64,000 bases of DNA from the NCBI GenBank assembly GCA_043806135.1, contig JAZDHG010000009.1:430-64429 (forward strand). Reading direction: 5' to 3'. Shown here in pieces: positions 37,077 through 47,759 of this stretch. The stretch comes from Candidatus Omnitrophota bacterium. GTDB taxonomy: Bacteria > Omnitrophota > Gorgyraeia > B26-G9. The notes under the pieces are model-generated. The model worked only from the letters and a program-made list of their open reading frames with translations. It did no database searches and was not told the origin of the DNA. A program made the position numbers and the translations under genes. The first letter of the stretch is position 1. Every line of letters starts with the position of its first letter.

Positions 37077-39150
37077 AAATAATCAAATCCTCAGTCAATC
37101 CGCACAATTTTTAAAAGGTGTTGGTCCTAAGAAAATAAAATCCCTGAACAATCTCAATATTTTTACTGTGCGCGATCTGCTTTTTTATTTCCCGCACAGA
37201 TATGAAGACAGAAGCAATCTTAAAAAAATCAATAAGATCAGTGTCGGAAGTGTGGAAACTATACGCGGTCGCGTATTGACTATGGGGCTTAGGCGATTGC
37301 GGGGAAGAATAACTATTTTTCAGCTTGCCGTCGGCGATGAGAGCGGAGTGGTCTACGGGACATGGTTTAATCAGCCGTATATGAAAAATGTTTTTAAAAT
37401 TGACGATGATGTGATCCTGCACGGTAAGGTTGACCGCTATTCAAAACTGCAGATAAACTCACCTGAATATGAAATACTAAAAAGCGATGATAAGGAGACT
37501 ATTCATACAGGACGCATTGTACCGGTTTATCCGCTGGGAGCGGATGTCTATCAGCGCTATTTGCGTTCTTTGCTTAAACGCACTCTGGATAGTTATCTGG
37601 ATGAGGTTATTGAATTTCTGCCGCAGCAAATGCTGAAGGAAAACGAACTTTGTCCTATTAAACAGGCACTGCAAAATGTGCATTTTCCGGATAATTTCGA
37701 GAAATTGGAAAATGCCCGCAAAAGATTGATCTTTAATGAATTTTTCCTGCTGCAGCTGGCTATTGCCATAAGAAAGTATGATATGAAGGAAAATGTTGCC
37801 GGGGTAGGATTTAAAATGCGCGGCAAACTTTTGGATCAATTCGCGAAGAAGCTGCCTTTTGAACTTACCTCAGATCAAAAGAACGTAATAAAAGATATTG
37901 AAGATGATATGCGCTGTGTAAAGCCGATGAACCGGCTTTTACAGGGGGATGTGGGCAGCGGAAAGACGATTGTCAGCATGTGGGCACTTGTCGGATGTGT
38001 GGCTGATAAATATCAGGCCGCGCTAATGGCGCCGACAGAAATTCTTGCCCGCCAGCATTATAATAATATAACGGAAATGCTTGAACCTCTGGGGATAAAA
38101 GTGGTGCTGCTTGTCAGCGGAATGAAGAAAAGAGAAAAAGAGGAAATAAACAGGCAGATCACGGAAAATAAGGTGAATATTGTAATCGGTACCCATTCTC
38201 TGATCCAAGAGACGGTTAAATGGAAAAAATTGGGCCTGATCATAGTTGATGAACAGCATAAATTCGGTGTAATGCAAAGGGTCAAGCTGCAGAAAAAAGG
38301 CAAAGCCCCGGATGTTCTGGTTATGAGCGCAACACCGATACCGCGGACATTGGCCATTACAGTTTATGGAGACCTTGATGTATCAACAATTCATGAATTG
38401 CCGCCGGGAAGAACGCCGGTGGAGACTTACTGGATCAGTGAGAAAAAAAGAAATGATTTCTATGTGTTCTTAAAGAAAAAGATAAAAGAGAAAAATCAGG
38501 TTTATGTTGTCTACCCTTTGGTGGAAAAATCCAAAGTTCTGGATCTTAAGGCTGCTACAAAGATGTACGAGCATTTTAAAAATGATATCTTCCCCGATGT
38601 TAATGTGGGATTGATACACGGCAGGATGAAGGACGAGGAAAAGAAAGGCGTAATGCGGCTGTTCAGGACAGGTGAGATAGATATACTAGTGGCTACAACC
38701 GTTATTGAAGTGGGTATTGATGTGCCGAACGCCTCGATCATTCTCGTCGAACATGCCGAACGCTTCGGCCTTAGCCAGCTGCACCAGCTCAGAGGACGCG
38801 TGGGACGGGGAAGAAAACAGGCTTACTGTGTGTTGCTTTCAGAAGCGAAAAGCGAGGATGCCGCTAAAAGGCTCTCGGCAATGATTAATACTAATGACGG
38901 GTTTAAAATAGCCGAGGTCGATCTGCTTATTCGCGGACCGGGTGAATTCTTTGGGACAAAACAGCACGGCATGCCTGAGCTTAAAATCGCCAATATCTTG
39001 ACCGACAGGCAGATATTGCTTGCGGCCCGAAAAGAAGCATTTGCCCTGTTCAAGGGAAATCCGGATATAAAGAATGAAAAAAATAACCTGATGATCAGTG
39101 AAATGTTTGCTATATTCCCCCAGAATCAGGAACTTCTTTCTGCCCGATGA
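37069..39150 (+). CDS. recG: ATP-dependent DNA helicase RecG
   Basis: Wedge domain plus SF2 helicase motifs (DVGSGKT, DEQHKFGV, SATPIPRTL, QLRGRVGRG). Confidence 0.9.
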   Translation: MDKNNQILSQSAQFLKGVGPKKIKSLNNLNIFTVRDLLFYFPHRYEDRSNLKKINKISVGSVETIRGRVLTMGLRRLRGRITIFQLAVGDESGVVYGTWFNQPYMKNVFKIDDDVILHGKVDRYSKLQINSPEYEILKSDDKETIHTGRIVPVYPLGADVYQRYLRSLLKRTLDSYLDEVIEFLPQQMLKENELCPIKQALQNVHFPDNFEKLENARKRLIFNEFFLLQLAIAIRKYDMKENVAGVGFKMRGKLLDQFAKKLPFELTSDQKNVIKDIEDDMRCVKPMNRLLQGDVGSGKTIVSMWALVGCVADKYQAALMAPTEILARQHYNNITEMLEPLGIKVVLLVSGMKKREKEEINRQITENKVNIVIGTHSLIQETVKWKKLGLIIVDEQHKFGVMQRVKLQKKGKAPDVLVMSATPIPRTLAITVYGDLDVSTIHELPPGRTPVETYWISEKKRNDFYVFLKKKIKEKNQVYVVYPLVEKSKVLDLKAATKMYEHFKNDIFPDVNVGLIHGRMKDEEKKGVMRLFRTGEIDILVATTVIEVGIDVPNASIILVEHAERFGLSQLHQLRGRVGRGRKQAYCVLLSEAKSEDAAKRLSAMINTNDGFKIAEVDLLIRGPGEFFGTKQHGMPELKIANILTDRQILLAARKEAFALFKGNPDIKNEKNNLMISEMFAIFPQNQELLSAR

Positions 39151-39740
39151 TGTTTTCAAAGAGCGGGTGCATAATTACAAACCAGGCGATGAAAACTAGT
39201 TCACATACCCAGACACCAAAGGCCATGGGTTTGGAGCTCAGAGTTCCCGTTTTATATGCGGAGACCTCTGTATAGACAATAAATTTTGTTAGGCGAAAGT
39301 AAAAAAGATTTTTCTGAAAAATATTTTTACTCATTCTCGACTGACATCCTGTCATTCTCCGAGGTAAGTTATAGCTGCCAGACATCCTGTCGCATATATA
39401 TCTTAAATCCGTAAAAACATTTCCCCGTAAAATCTAGGTTACTCATAAATCTTCTCCGTATAAAAATCCGGATTGTCGACATAAACTGCATTTGCAGTTT
39501 TTAAGACCTGGTTATGTATTTCAAGGTCCAAAATAGTTATTCACATTCTGAGACTGATTTTTTTTATTTTCTAGCTGATAAAAGTTTTCCCTGCGATATG
39601 AGCCATTAGCTATCCTGCAATTGCTTTTTTTATTGATTTAAAATCTTAAATTGACCTTTTTGTGTTTTTTTGCTATATTTAATTCTATATCCTTATGGTC
39701 AAAAATCTCTACAAATATAACCTTACGGAGATAAATTCAC

Positions 39741-40232
39741 GTGAGTAAAGATGTTTTTACGCATCATCGGCTTCAGTTTAAATCCCATATCGGGTTTTTG
39801 CTGGCAGCCATCGGCTCTGCTGTGGGGATGGGAAATATATGGCGTTTTTCGTATCTTTGTTATAAAAACGACGGCGTGTTTCTGATGCCGTACTTTATAG
39901 CCTTGTTCGCAGGCGCTATCCCCTTGATGAGCCTGGAGATAGCTCTAGGACATAAAATGCGCGGTTCAGCACCGGCATCGGTTGTCAGTATTGATAAAAA
40001 ATGGGAGCGGGATGTTTCTGTTAAATTCATTGCTGCGCTTATATTACTGGGATTACTGCTCACTACGATATTTGAGGAGATCGCTGCGCCCTACGGTAAT
40101 TACTCACGCCTTGCGATTATCCTTATTGGCAGAGATGGGATCATCATGACTGTTTTTGTCGCGTTTTTTGCCGCCTTAAGCGCATGGAAAGTAGATCCGC
40201 AGCACATGATGATTGAACTGGGAAAAAATTAG
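39741..40232 (+). pseudogene. Truncated neurotransmitter:sodium symporter (NSS/SNF) family transporter; only the N-terminal ~95 aa are family-like
   Basis: GFLLAAIGSAVGMGNIWRFSYLCYKNDGVFLMPYFIALFAGAIPLMSLEIALG matches NSS TM1-TM2. The ORF is 163 aa against ~450-500 for an intact NSS. GTG start. Confidence 0.5.
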
Positions 40233-40295
40233 ATTGAGATTGTTTTGAACTAAGTTGCTTAATAAAGCACTATACTCAAAAGGAGGTTGCCAGGA

Positions 40296-42353
40296 ATGGA
40301 AAATTATTCTGAAAGTACTGTTCGCAATGTTGCATTGGTCTCTCATTCTGGTGCAGGTAAAACATCTTTAGCTGATTCAATGCTTTTTAACTGCGGACAG
40401 GTAAACCGGCTTGGACGCGTTGATGATGGCAATTCTATCAGCGATTTCGATCCTATTGAAATAAATCACAAAATTTCGATTAATGCCTCTATCATGCATT
40501 GCATATCAGGCAATACGAAAATCAATATTATTGATACTCCCGGATATGCGGATTTTATCATGGAGCTGCGTAATTCCGTTCCGGCAGCAGATGTGGCCAT
40601 AGTCGTGATTAGCGCTACGGACGGAATTGAAGTAGGCACACAGAGGGCCTGGGGAATACTCGATGAGATAAAACTGCCCAGGGCTATATTTATAAGCAAG
40701 ATGGATAAAGAAAACGCTGATTTTTACGGCACAGTGTTTGACATTAAAAAAGAATTTGGAGATCAATGTACTCCGTTGTTTTTACCTATAGGAAAAGAAT
40801 CGAATTTTAAAGGTGTGGCGAATCTTTTGAATAAAGCTGGATGGGAAGGTCTTAGTGAAGATGAAAAGAAGCAAGCGGAAAAATTCCGAGAGGCATTTAT
40901 CGAGATCGTGGCTATGGCTGATGACTCGATAGTTGAAAAGTATCTTAACGGCGAAGAATTAACACAGGATGAAATATGCCGTGTTTTTAAGATCGCCTTT
41001 AAAGACAATACCGTGATCCCAATCTTTTGCGGTAATGCGATTGACGGCAAGGGTGTAAAGGAATTGATTGAGAAGATCGTCAATTTTTTTCCGGCACCGT
41101 CTGCTGCAGGAACGGTGGAAGGAGTTGATCCCCAAACCAAAGAGAAAAAGGAAGTGATAACTAAAACAGATCAGCCCTTCTCCGGATACGTGTTCAAAAC
41201 TATATCTGATCCTTATGTTGGACAGCTGAGTGTGTTCAGGGTGGTTTCCGGAAGTCTTAGTTCTAATACAGAATTTTTAAATGTCACAACCGGCGCTTCT
41301 GAGCGTTTTGGACAACTTTATGTGCTGCAAGGTAAAGAGCAGCTTCCGGTTGTGGCTGTGGCTGCAGGAGATATAGGAGCTGTTGCCAAATTGAAGAATA
41401 CGCATACAGGCGACTCGATGAATGGCGCCAAAAACAAAGTGTTGTTTAATGTAAGCCATAGCATGGAACCGTCAATTTCCTATTCGCTTAAACCAAAAAC
41501 AAGGCAGGATGAGGAAAAGATCTCTCAGGCCCTGGCTAAGATGACTACAGAAGATCAGGGGATCAGGGTATCGCGCGATCCGCAAACAAAGGAATTAATC
41601 CTTTCCGGTATGGGTGATATGCATCTTGAGATCGCCATTGAGCGTCTGAAAAGCCGTTATCATGTTGATGTTGATGTGGGAACGCCTAAAGTTCCTTACA
41701 AGGAAACCATAAAAAAATCAGTTAAAGTGCACCATAAATATAAAAAGCAGTCAGGCGGACGAGGCCAGTATGGTGATGTCTGGCTGGAGATCTCTCCATT
41801 GCCCAGAGGCGGGGATTTTGAATTTGTGGATAATATTGTCGGAGGATCTGTGCCCAGGCAATATATACCTTCTGTTGAAAAAGGCGTACGCAAGAAAATG
41901 GTTGAAGGCATTATTGCCGGATACCCGCTTGTTGATATCCAGGTATCCCTTTATGACGGTTCTTATCATGAAGTCGATTCCTCGGACATGGCGTTTCAGA
42001 TAGCCGCAGGCATGGCTTTAAAAGAAGGAATTCTTGATGCAAATCCCGTATTACTTGAGCCGGTTATGAACGTGGAAGTAGTAATAGGCCCGGAATATCT
42101 GGGCGCGATTAACGGAGATTTAAGTTCCCGCAGAGGACGTGTACAAGGTATGGAACAGGCTGGTAAATATGAAAAGATCAAAGCTCAGGTGCCTCTTTCT
42201 GAGATGCTCAGGTATGCAACCGATTTGCGTTCCATGACTCAGGGAAGGGGATCTTACTCGATGACTTTTTCTCATTATGAAGAAGTCCCGCATAAACAGG
42301 CTGAAAAGGTTATTAGCCAGTCAAAGGTTGAAGAAAAAGCAGAGGTGCATTAG
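40296..42353 (+). CDS. Elongation factor G paralog (EF-G-like GTPase with degenerate G1 and switch II His->Tyr)
   Basis: Five-domain EF-G architecture. G1 is SHSGAGKTS rather than AHIDAGKTT; G3 is DTPGYADF rather than DTPGHVDF. GGAGG SD 9 nt upstream. Confidence 0.7.
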   Translation: MENYSESTVRNVALVSHSGAGKTSLADSMLFNCGQVNRLGRVDDGNSISDFDPIEINHKISINASIMHCISGNTKINIIDTPGYADFIMELRNSVPAADVAIVVISATDGIEVGTQRAWGILDEIKLPRAIFISKMDKENADFYGTVFDIKKEFGDQCTPLFLPIGKESNFKGVANLLNKAGWEGLSEDEKKQAEKFREAFIEIVAMADDSIVEKYLNGEELTQDEICRVFKIAFKDNTVIPIFCGNAIDGKGVKELIEKIVNFFPAPSAAGTVEGVDPQTKEKKEVITKTDQPFSGYVFKTISDPYVGQLSVFRVVSGSLSSNTEFLNVTTGASERFGQLYVLQGKEQLPVVAVAAGDIGAVAKLKNTHTGDSMNGAKNKVLFNVSHSMEPSISYSLKPKTRQDEEKISQALAKMTTEDQGIRVSRDPQTKELILSGMGDMHLEIAIERLKSRYHVDVDVGTPKVPYKETIKKSVKVHHKYKKQSGGRGQYGDVWLEISPLPRGGDFEFVDNIVGGSVPRQYIPSVEKGVRKKMVEGIIAGYPLVDIQVSLYDGSYHEVDSSDMAFQIAAGMALKEGILDANPVLLEPVMNVEVVIGPEYLGAINGDLSSRRGRVQGMEQAGKYEKIKAQVPLSEMLRYATDLRSMTQGRGSYSMTFSHYEEVPHKQAEKVISQSKVEEKAEVH

Positions 42354-42371
42354 AAATAATTTTAAACGGTT

Positions 42372-43013
42372 ATGATAGAAAACGTGCAGAATAAGAAAAA
42401 CGGTTTTACCCCGTTAGAGAAAGATAATAATTTTAATCGCGGGTTGAAAACTTATTTAGCCGATGCTAGCTTAAAGGTATCACCTGAGCATGCCGTTAGA
42501 GTTCGAAGAACTCTAACGGGGTTTACCCCGCTTAGAGATAATAAGAAGAAACATAATGTTCTCGGAGCATACTTTATAACAGGTGTTAATAATAATTTTT
42601 GTTCAAATAAAAAACATGGTTATAAATCTCTAACGGGGTTTACCTTAATTGAAATATTAATCGCCTTGACGATTTTGGGCATTGGATTGGTTTCGGTGTT
42701 GGCTTATTTGCCGATTGCTCTTGATGCTTCAAAAAAAGCAGCGGATTTAACAACAGCAGCTTTGATAGCTCAAAAATACATTGAGGGAATAAAATCAGCA
42801 AGCAGTAATGATATAACTTCTGCGGACGCATATGATACCTTGGGAGTATATGCGGCGGATAGTGATTTTGATGGTTTTTCTTATTTTATATCTATAAGCA
42901 ATCCCGGCGCATCAGACACGAAAGAAGTTACTGTAAATGTACGGTGGAGCTTTAAGGGTAAAGATAGTGTTGAAACTTTCAGAACGATGATTGTAAAATA
43001 CGATCCGAACTAA
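42372..43013 (+). CDS. Pseudopilin-like protein with a long stop-free N-terminal region before the SLTG|FTLIEILIALTILGIG motif
   Basis: Canonical prepilin motif about 90 codons into the ORF. The upstream region carries repeated GFTPLEK / LTGFTPL coding motifs that are really nucleotide-level inverted repeats. The start is uncertain. Confidence 0.55.
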   Translation: MIENVQNKKNGFTPLEKDNNFNRGLKTYLADASLKVSPEHAVRVRRTLTGFTPLRDNKKKHNVLGAYFITGVNNNFCSNKKHGYKSLTGFTLIEILIALTILGIGLVSVLAYLPIALDASKKAADLTTAALIAQKYIEGIKSASSNDITSADAYDTLGVYAADSDFDGFSYFISISNPGASDTKEVTVNVRWSFKGKDSVETFRTMIVKYDPN

Positions 43014-43025
43014 CTAAAAAAAAGT

Positions 43026-43106
43026 AGCGAGTAGAAAGTAGAGAGTAATAGGCAGTGATAAAATATTACAAAAATCCTGCTACTCGCTTCTCGCTACTGG
43101 CTACTC
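43026..43106 (+). repeat. Long inverted repeat (AGTAGCGAGTAG ... CTACTCGCTTCTCGCTACT) between pseudopilin C and yebC
   Basis: Arms are reverse-complementary; related AGCGAGTAGCAAG direct repeats occur at 47703-47735. Confidence 0.4.
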
Positions 43107-43129
43107 TGACAAAATAGGAGTGATAATTT

Positions 43130-43882
43130 ATGTCTGGACATTCAAAATGGGCGAGTATAAAACATAAGAAAGCAGCAACGGATTCAAAACGCGGTAAGGT
43201 GTTTACTAAACTTATAAGAGAGTTAACTGTTGCCGCGCGCGAAGGCGGCGGCGACCCGGACGCAAATCCGCGGCTCAGGCTTGCCATGCAAAAGGCTAAA
43301 GATTCTAATATGCCTAAAGACAACATTGAAAAAGCGATAAAAAAGGGCACAGGAGAGTTGCCTGGCGTAGTTTATGAATCGATGGTTTATGAAGGATACG
43401 GCCCTAGCGGGGTGGCAGTTCTTGTTGATGTTCTTACCGATAACAAGAACAGGGCTGCGGCGGAAGTACGCAGTATATTTACCAAGAAAAACGGGAATAT
43501 GGCCGGAGCCGGCTCTGTTGCCTGGCAATTCAAGCAGAAAGGCCTGATAATAGTCGCCAAGGACAAAAGCGAAGAAGATAAACTGATGAATATCATTCTT
43601 GAAAACGGGGCTGAGGATATGCAGAGCGGAGAGGATACTTATGAGATCAGCACGCAGCCGAGAGAATTTGAAACGGTTAAAAAAGCTATAGAAAACTGCG
43701 GTATTGAGATCATTTCCTCTGAAATAACATTGGTGCCTGATTCTACGGTCAATATTTCCGATAAAGGAGCTGCCCAGCAGGTGCTTAATCTCATCAATGC
43801 TTTAGAAGATAATGATGATGTGCAGAATGTTTACGCTAATTTTGATATTCCGAATAATATATTATCTCAGATAGAATTATAA
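43130..43882 (+). CDS. yebC: YebC/PmpR family DNA-binding transcriptional regulator
   Basis: [31 protein letters not shown]... is the family N-terminus. Confidence 0.9.
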   Translation: MSGHSKWASIKHKKAATDSKRGKVFTKLIRELTVAAREGGGDPDANPRLRLAMQKAKDSNMPKDNIEKAIKKGTGELPGVVYESMVYEGYGPSGVAVLVDVLTDNKNRAAAEVRSIFTKKNGNMAGAGSVAWQFKQKGLIIVAKDKSEEDKLMNIILENGAEDMQSGEDTYEISTQPREFETVKKAIENCGIEIISSEITLVPDSTVNISDKGAAQQVLNLINALEDNDDVQNVYANFDIPNNILSQIEL

Positions 43883-43889
43883 GGAAGAT

Positions 43890-44405
43890 ATGCGCGTCTT
43901 AGGAGTTGATCCCGGGCTGCAGTGTGTAGGATACGGTGTTATAGAATTTAATAAGCAGGAGGTTTGTACATCTGTGCGGGGACGCGATGGCAGACTTAAG
44001 CTTATTGAAGCTGGTATTATCAGAACATCATCAAAAGATAAACTTACGAACAGGCTCAATATTATATACAATGCCCTTAATCAGGTGCTTAGTGCTCACC
44101 GGCCTGATGTGGTTGCTTTAGAGGAGCTCTATTCTCATTATGAAAATCCTAAGACAGCAATAATGATGGCGCATGCGCGCGGGGTTATCTGCCTGGCGGC
44201 TGCGCAGCAGAAACTGAATGTTGCCGGCTATGCTCCGAGAAAGGTAAAAAAAGCAGTCACCGGAGCGGGAGCCGCGACAAAGTCGCAGATGCAGAGAGTT
44301 ATTAAGGAAATCCTTGGACTGAAGTCTGTGCCTGAGCCGCATGATGTTGCCGATGCCTTGGCTCTGGCCATAACACATATTAATATCAGCAGCAGGAAAA
44401 TATGA
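43890..44405 (+). CDS. ruvC: Holliday junction resolvase RuvC
   Basis: MRVLGVDPGLQCVGYGVIE and catalytic acidic residues; ruvCAB operon order. Confidence 0.9.
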   Translation: MRVLGVDPGLQCVGYGVIEFNKQEVCTSVRGRDGRLKLIEAGIIRTSSKDKLTNRLNIIYNALNQVLSAHRPDVVALEELYSHYENPKTAIMMAHARGVICLAAAQQKLNVAGYAPRKVKKAVTGAGAATKSQMQRVIKEILGLKSVPEPHDVADALALAITHINISSRKI

Positions 44406-45022
44406 TCAGCAGAATAACTGGAAAAATAATACAAAAAAAAGAAAATTCACTGTTGTTGGAAGTGAACGGGTTCGGGTATGAGGTTTTTATTCCGTACGGG
44501 ATAATGAAGTGTCTTAACTCCGATAAAACCGAATGTGAATTTGTTACATTTCATTATCATCAGGTGGATCAAAATAAAAGTATACCGATCTTGATCGGGT
44601 TCATGAACGAGATCGAGAAGGAATTTTTTGAGAGATTTATTACTGTATCCGGTATCGGACCTAAGGCCGCGATCAAGGCAATAGCTGAGCCGATACAGGT
44701 TATAGCCAGGGCAATTGATTCCGGAGATATTGCTTTCCTGAAATCCTTGCCCGGCATCGGTACGCAAAGAGCAAGAGAAATAGTCGCTAAACTCCAGGGG
44801 AAAGTAGGAAAGTTCGGCCTTATCAGGGGAGTTGCCCCTGAAGAGAAGGCAACCGTTACCAATAGTGATATTGAACAGGAGGCATTAGCTGTTCTTTTGC
44901 AGCTGCAATATAAAAAACCGGAAGCAGAGAAAATGATCAAAAATGCCATGACCAGAAATCAAGATGTTAAAAATTCGGAAGAGCTGTTAAATGAAGTCTA
45001 CAAACAAAGATCAAATCAATAA
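44402..45022 (+). CDS. ruvA: Holliday junction branch-migration protein RuvA
   Basis: MISRITGKI...NGFGYEV N-terminus and HhH domain (GIGPKAAIKAI, LPGIGTQRA). Confidence 0.9.
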   Translation: MISRITGKIIQKKENSLLLEVNGFGYEVFIPYGIMKCLNSDKTECEFVTFHYHQVDQNKSIPILIGFMNEIEKEFFERFITVSGIGPKAAIKAIAEPIQVIARAIDSGDIAFLKSLPGIGTQRAREIVAKLQGKVGKFGLIRGVAPEEKATVTNSDIEQEALAVLLQLQYKKPEAEKMIKNAMTRNQDVKNSEELLNEVYKQRSNQ

Positions 45023-46058
45023 TGATGACGGGATGTTAAGAGAGCCTGTGCTTATGCAGCAGGAGACAGAAGAGGATCTGGTCCTTAATCTGTCGCTTCG
45101 GCCGCTGCAATTTGGTGATTTTATCGGCCAGGAAAAACTTAAAGAGAATCTGCAGATCGGTATTCAGGCGGCAAAATCAAGAAACGAACCTCTGGAGCAT
45201 TTAATGCTCTCAGGTCCTCCCGGCCTTGGTAAAACCACGCTGGCTCATATTATTGCCCATGAAATGGGAACAAAGATCACTACCACTTCAGGACCTGCTA
45301 TAGGAAGAGCGGGTGATCTTATCGGTATACTTACCAATCTAGAGCACGGAGATATTCTTTTTATTGATGAGATACACCGCCTTTCAAAAATAGTTGAGGA
45401 ATTTCTCTATCCGGCAATGGAAGACCATAAAATAGATTTTATTATTGATAAAGGTCCTTATGCCAAGACGATCCAGTTTAACCTTAAACCTTTTACGCTT
45501 ATTGGGGCAACAACTCGCTCCGGACTGCTCAGTGCTCCTTTGCGCAGCCGCTTCGGGATGTATTACCATATTGATTTCTATCCCTGGGAGGATCTGGTAA
45601 GTGTTGTGAAAAAATCCGCGGAAAAACTGGGATTGAATCTTGATCAGGAAAGTGCAGAGATTATCGCTAAAAGATCACGCGGTACGCCGCGTGTGGCTAA
45701 TCGGCTTTTACGCCGGGTCAGAGATTACAGCGAGGTCAAGGCAAACGGCAGGGTCGATGCACAGATAACAGATGTTGCTTTGAATCTGCAGGGGGTAGAT
45801 GATCTCGGGCTTGATGAGATCGACCGCAGGGTTCTAGGGGTAATAATTGATGCTTATGAGGGGGGGCCTGTGGGTATAGAATCTCTGGCGGCCACACTCA
45901 ATGAAGAAAGCGATACGATCGTGGATGTGGTAGAACCGTTTCTATTAAAGAGGGGACTGCTTAAACGCTCATCACGAGGACGCCAGGCAACAGAGCTTGC
46001 CTATAAGCACCTTGGCCGCAAAATAACAAAAGACAAGCAAAAGGAGATATTTGAATGA
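44991..46058 (+). CDS. ruvB: Holliday junction helicase RuvB (start may be the ATG at 45033)
   Basis: GPPGLGKTTLAHIIA Walker A, DEIHRL Walker B, sensor motifs. Confidence 0.9.
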   Translation: MKSTNKDQINNDDGMLREPVLMQQETEEDLVLNLSLRPLQFGDFIGQEKLKENLQIGIQAAKSRNEPLEHLMLSGPPGLGKTTLAHIIAHEMGTKITTTSGPAIGRAGDLIGILTNLEHGDILFIDEIHRLSKIVEEFLYPAMEDHKIDFIIDKGPYAKTIQFNLKPFTLIGATTRSGLLSAPLRSRFGMYYHIDFYPWEDLVSVVKKSAEKLGLNLDQESAEIIAKRSRGTPRVANRLLRRVRDYSEVKANGRVDAQITDVALNLQGVDDLGLDEIDRRVLGVIIDAYEGGPVGIESLAATLNEESDTIVDVVEPFLLKRGLLKRSSRGRQATELAYKHLGRKITKDKQKEIFE

Positions 46059-46606
46059 TGGCAGGCAAAAGAATACTTTTGCATATGTGCTGCGCTCCTT
46101 GCGAGATATATCCGCTTAAAAAATTGAGGCAGATGAATTTTGAGGTGGGAGGTTTTTTTTATAATCCGAATATATATCCGCATTATGAGTATATCTTGCG
46201 TAAAAAATATGTAATGGAATATTCCAACCGGGTTAATTGTAATATATATTTCTGTGCAGGGTACCCTGACAATGAATTCAATGATGTTGTTAAAGATAAT
46301 TGTGAGCGGCCCGAGCGCTGCATGAATTGCTGGTATCTGAGACTGAAAAAAACAGCTGAACACGCAAGAAAGATCAAGGTTGAGACATTTTCCACAACCT
46401 TGCTTGTCAGCCCGTACCAGGATAAACAGGCGATAAAACTTTTGGGAGAAGAGGCAGCAGCTGAAAATGGGGTCAGTTTTTTCTATTATGATTTCAGCGT
46501 TGGATACCAGGAAGCGGTAAGGATCTCCAAAATGGAGCAATTGTACCGCCAAAAATACTGCGGTTGTAAGTACAGTCTTACCGAGAGTTCAGCGGTTAAG
46601 GTGTAA
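46055..46606 (+). CDS. queH: Epoxyqueuosine reductase QueH (DUF208)
   Basis: LLHMCCAPCEIY and YCGCKYS Cys motifs; next to queA and tgt. Confidence 0.75.
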   Translation: MMAGKRILLHMCCAPCEIYPLKKLRQMNFEVGGFFYNPNIYPHYEYILRKKYVMEYSNRVNCNIYFCAGYPDNEFNDVVKDNCERPERCMNCWYLRLKKTAEHARKIKVETFSTTLLVSPYQDKQAIKLLGEEAAAENGVSFFYYDFSVGYQEAVRISKMEQLYRQKYCGCKYSLTESSAVKV

Positions 46607-46664
46607 AGTGTTTAAAATCAAAATGTGAATGACTGTAAGAGAGGATAGAGATTTTTAGAAGAAA

Positions 46665-47705
46665 GTGAAAATAACAGATTTTGATTATCGACTTCCGCAG
46701 GAATTGATCGCGCAGTTTCCTGCAAAACGCCGTGATGAATCACGGCTTTTAATTATCGAGCGAAAGACGGGACGGATTAAACATGGCTGGTTCAGGGATA
46801 TTGCCGGGATGTTTACGAGCGCAGATGTGCTGGTTTTAAATGATACAAAGGTAAAACCGGTGCGCTTGATCGGGGATATCGAAGACAAGGTTATTGATAT
46901 CCTTCTGGTTGAAAGGATAAAGAAGAATGTCTATTTTATAAAGGCTAAGCCGGGTAAGAAACTTAAGCCTAAAACAATTATCAGATTTGCTGAGAATAAG
47001 TATTCTGCTGTTGCGGTGGAATCGGATGATGCCAGAGGGCAGGGTATGAAATTAATTGAATTCAAGGGGGAATTGGATATTGAATCTGTCTTGGATGAAA
47101 TCGGCGTGATGCCCTTGCCGCCTTACATCAAGAGAGAAATTGTTGCGGCAGATTGTGCAAGATATCAAACCGTATATGCAAAATCCCCTGGGGCGATTGC
47201 CGCACCCACGGCAGGACTGCATTTTACTGAACAGATATTAGATCAGATCAAAGAGAAGAATACCGGTATAGTTCAGCTTACTCTGCATGTGGGACTGGGG
47301 ACATTTTTGCCTGTAAAAGTTGAAGATATAAGAGGGCATAAGATGCATAAGGAATCATTTGAGTTAAGCCCAAAGACAGCTGTGGAGATTGAAAGAGTAA
47401 AACACTCAGGGGGCAGGATCTGTGCTGTGGGAACGACAGCGGCCCGGGTTTTGGAAACTTGTGCCGGGGAAGAGGAGAGTTTTTCCCTTAAGCCGGGAAA
47501 AGGGCAGACAGACTTGTTTATTTATCCGCCCTATAAGTTCAAGGCTGTGAATATGCTGCTTACCAACTTTCATCTGCCGAAAACCACACTGCTTATGCTG
47601 GTATGTGCTTTTGCCTCAAGGGAGCTGGTGCTGGAGGCTTATAAAATGGCTGTTGATGAAAAATACAGGTTCTTCAGTTATGGGGATGCCATGCTTATTA
47701 TATAG
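46665..47705 (+). CDS. queA: S-adenosylmethionine:tRNA ribosyltransferase-isomerase
   Basis: FDYRLPQELIAQFPAKRRDESRLL N-terminus; GTG start. Confidence 0.9.
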   Translation: MKITDFDYRLPQELIAQFPAKRRDESRLLIIERKTGRIKHGWFRDIAGMFTSADVLVLNDTKVKPVRLIGDIEDKVIDILLVERIKKNVYFIKAKPGKKLKPKTIIRFAENKYSAVAVESDDARGQGMKLIEFKGELDIESVLDEIGVMPLPPYIKREIVAADCARYQTVYAKSPGAIAAPTAGLHFTEQILDQIKEKNTGIVQLTLHVGLGTFLPVKVEDIRGHKMHKESFELSPKTAVEIERVKHSGGRICAVGTTAARVLETCAGEEESFSLKPGKGQTDLFIYPPYKFKAVNMLLTNFHLPKTTLLMLVCAFASRELVLEAYKMAVDEKYRFFSYGDAMLII

Positions 47706-47759
47706 AGTAGCGAGTAGCAAGAAGCGAGTAGCAAGAAAAAAGAACGAAGTCCGAGCAAT

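Noticed and set aside
39110-39385. Minus-strand 91-aa ORF overlapping the recG 3' end and extending into the long intergenic region
   Set aside because: It overlaps the recG stop region antisense and has no RBS. The hydrophobic stretch is probably chance in AT-rich DNA, though it lies in the decayed region noted in the findings.
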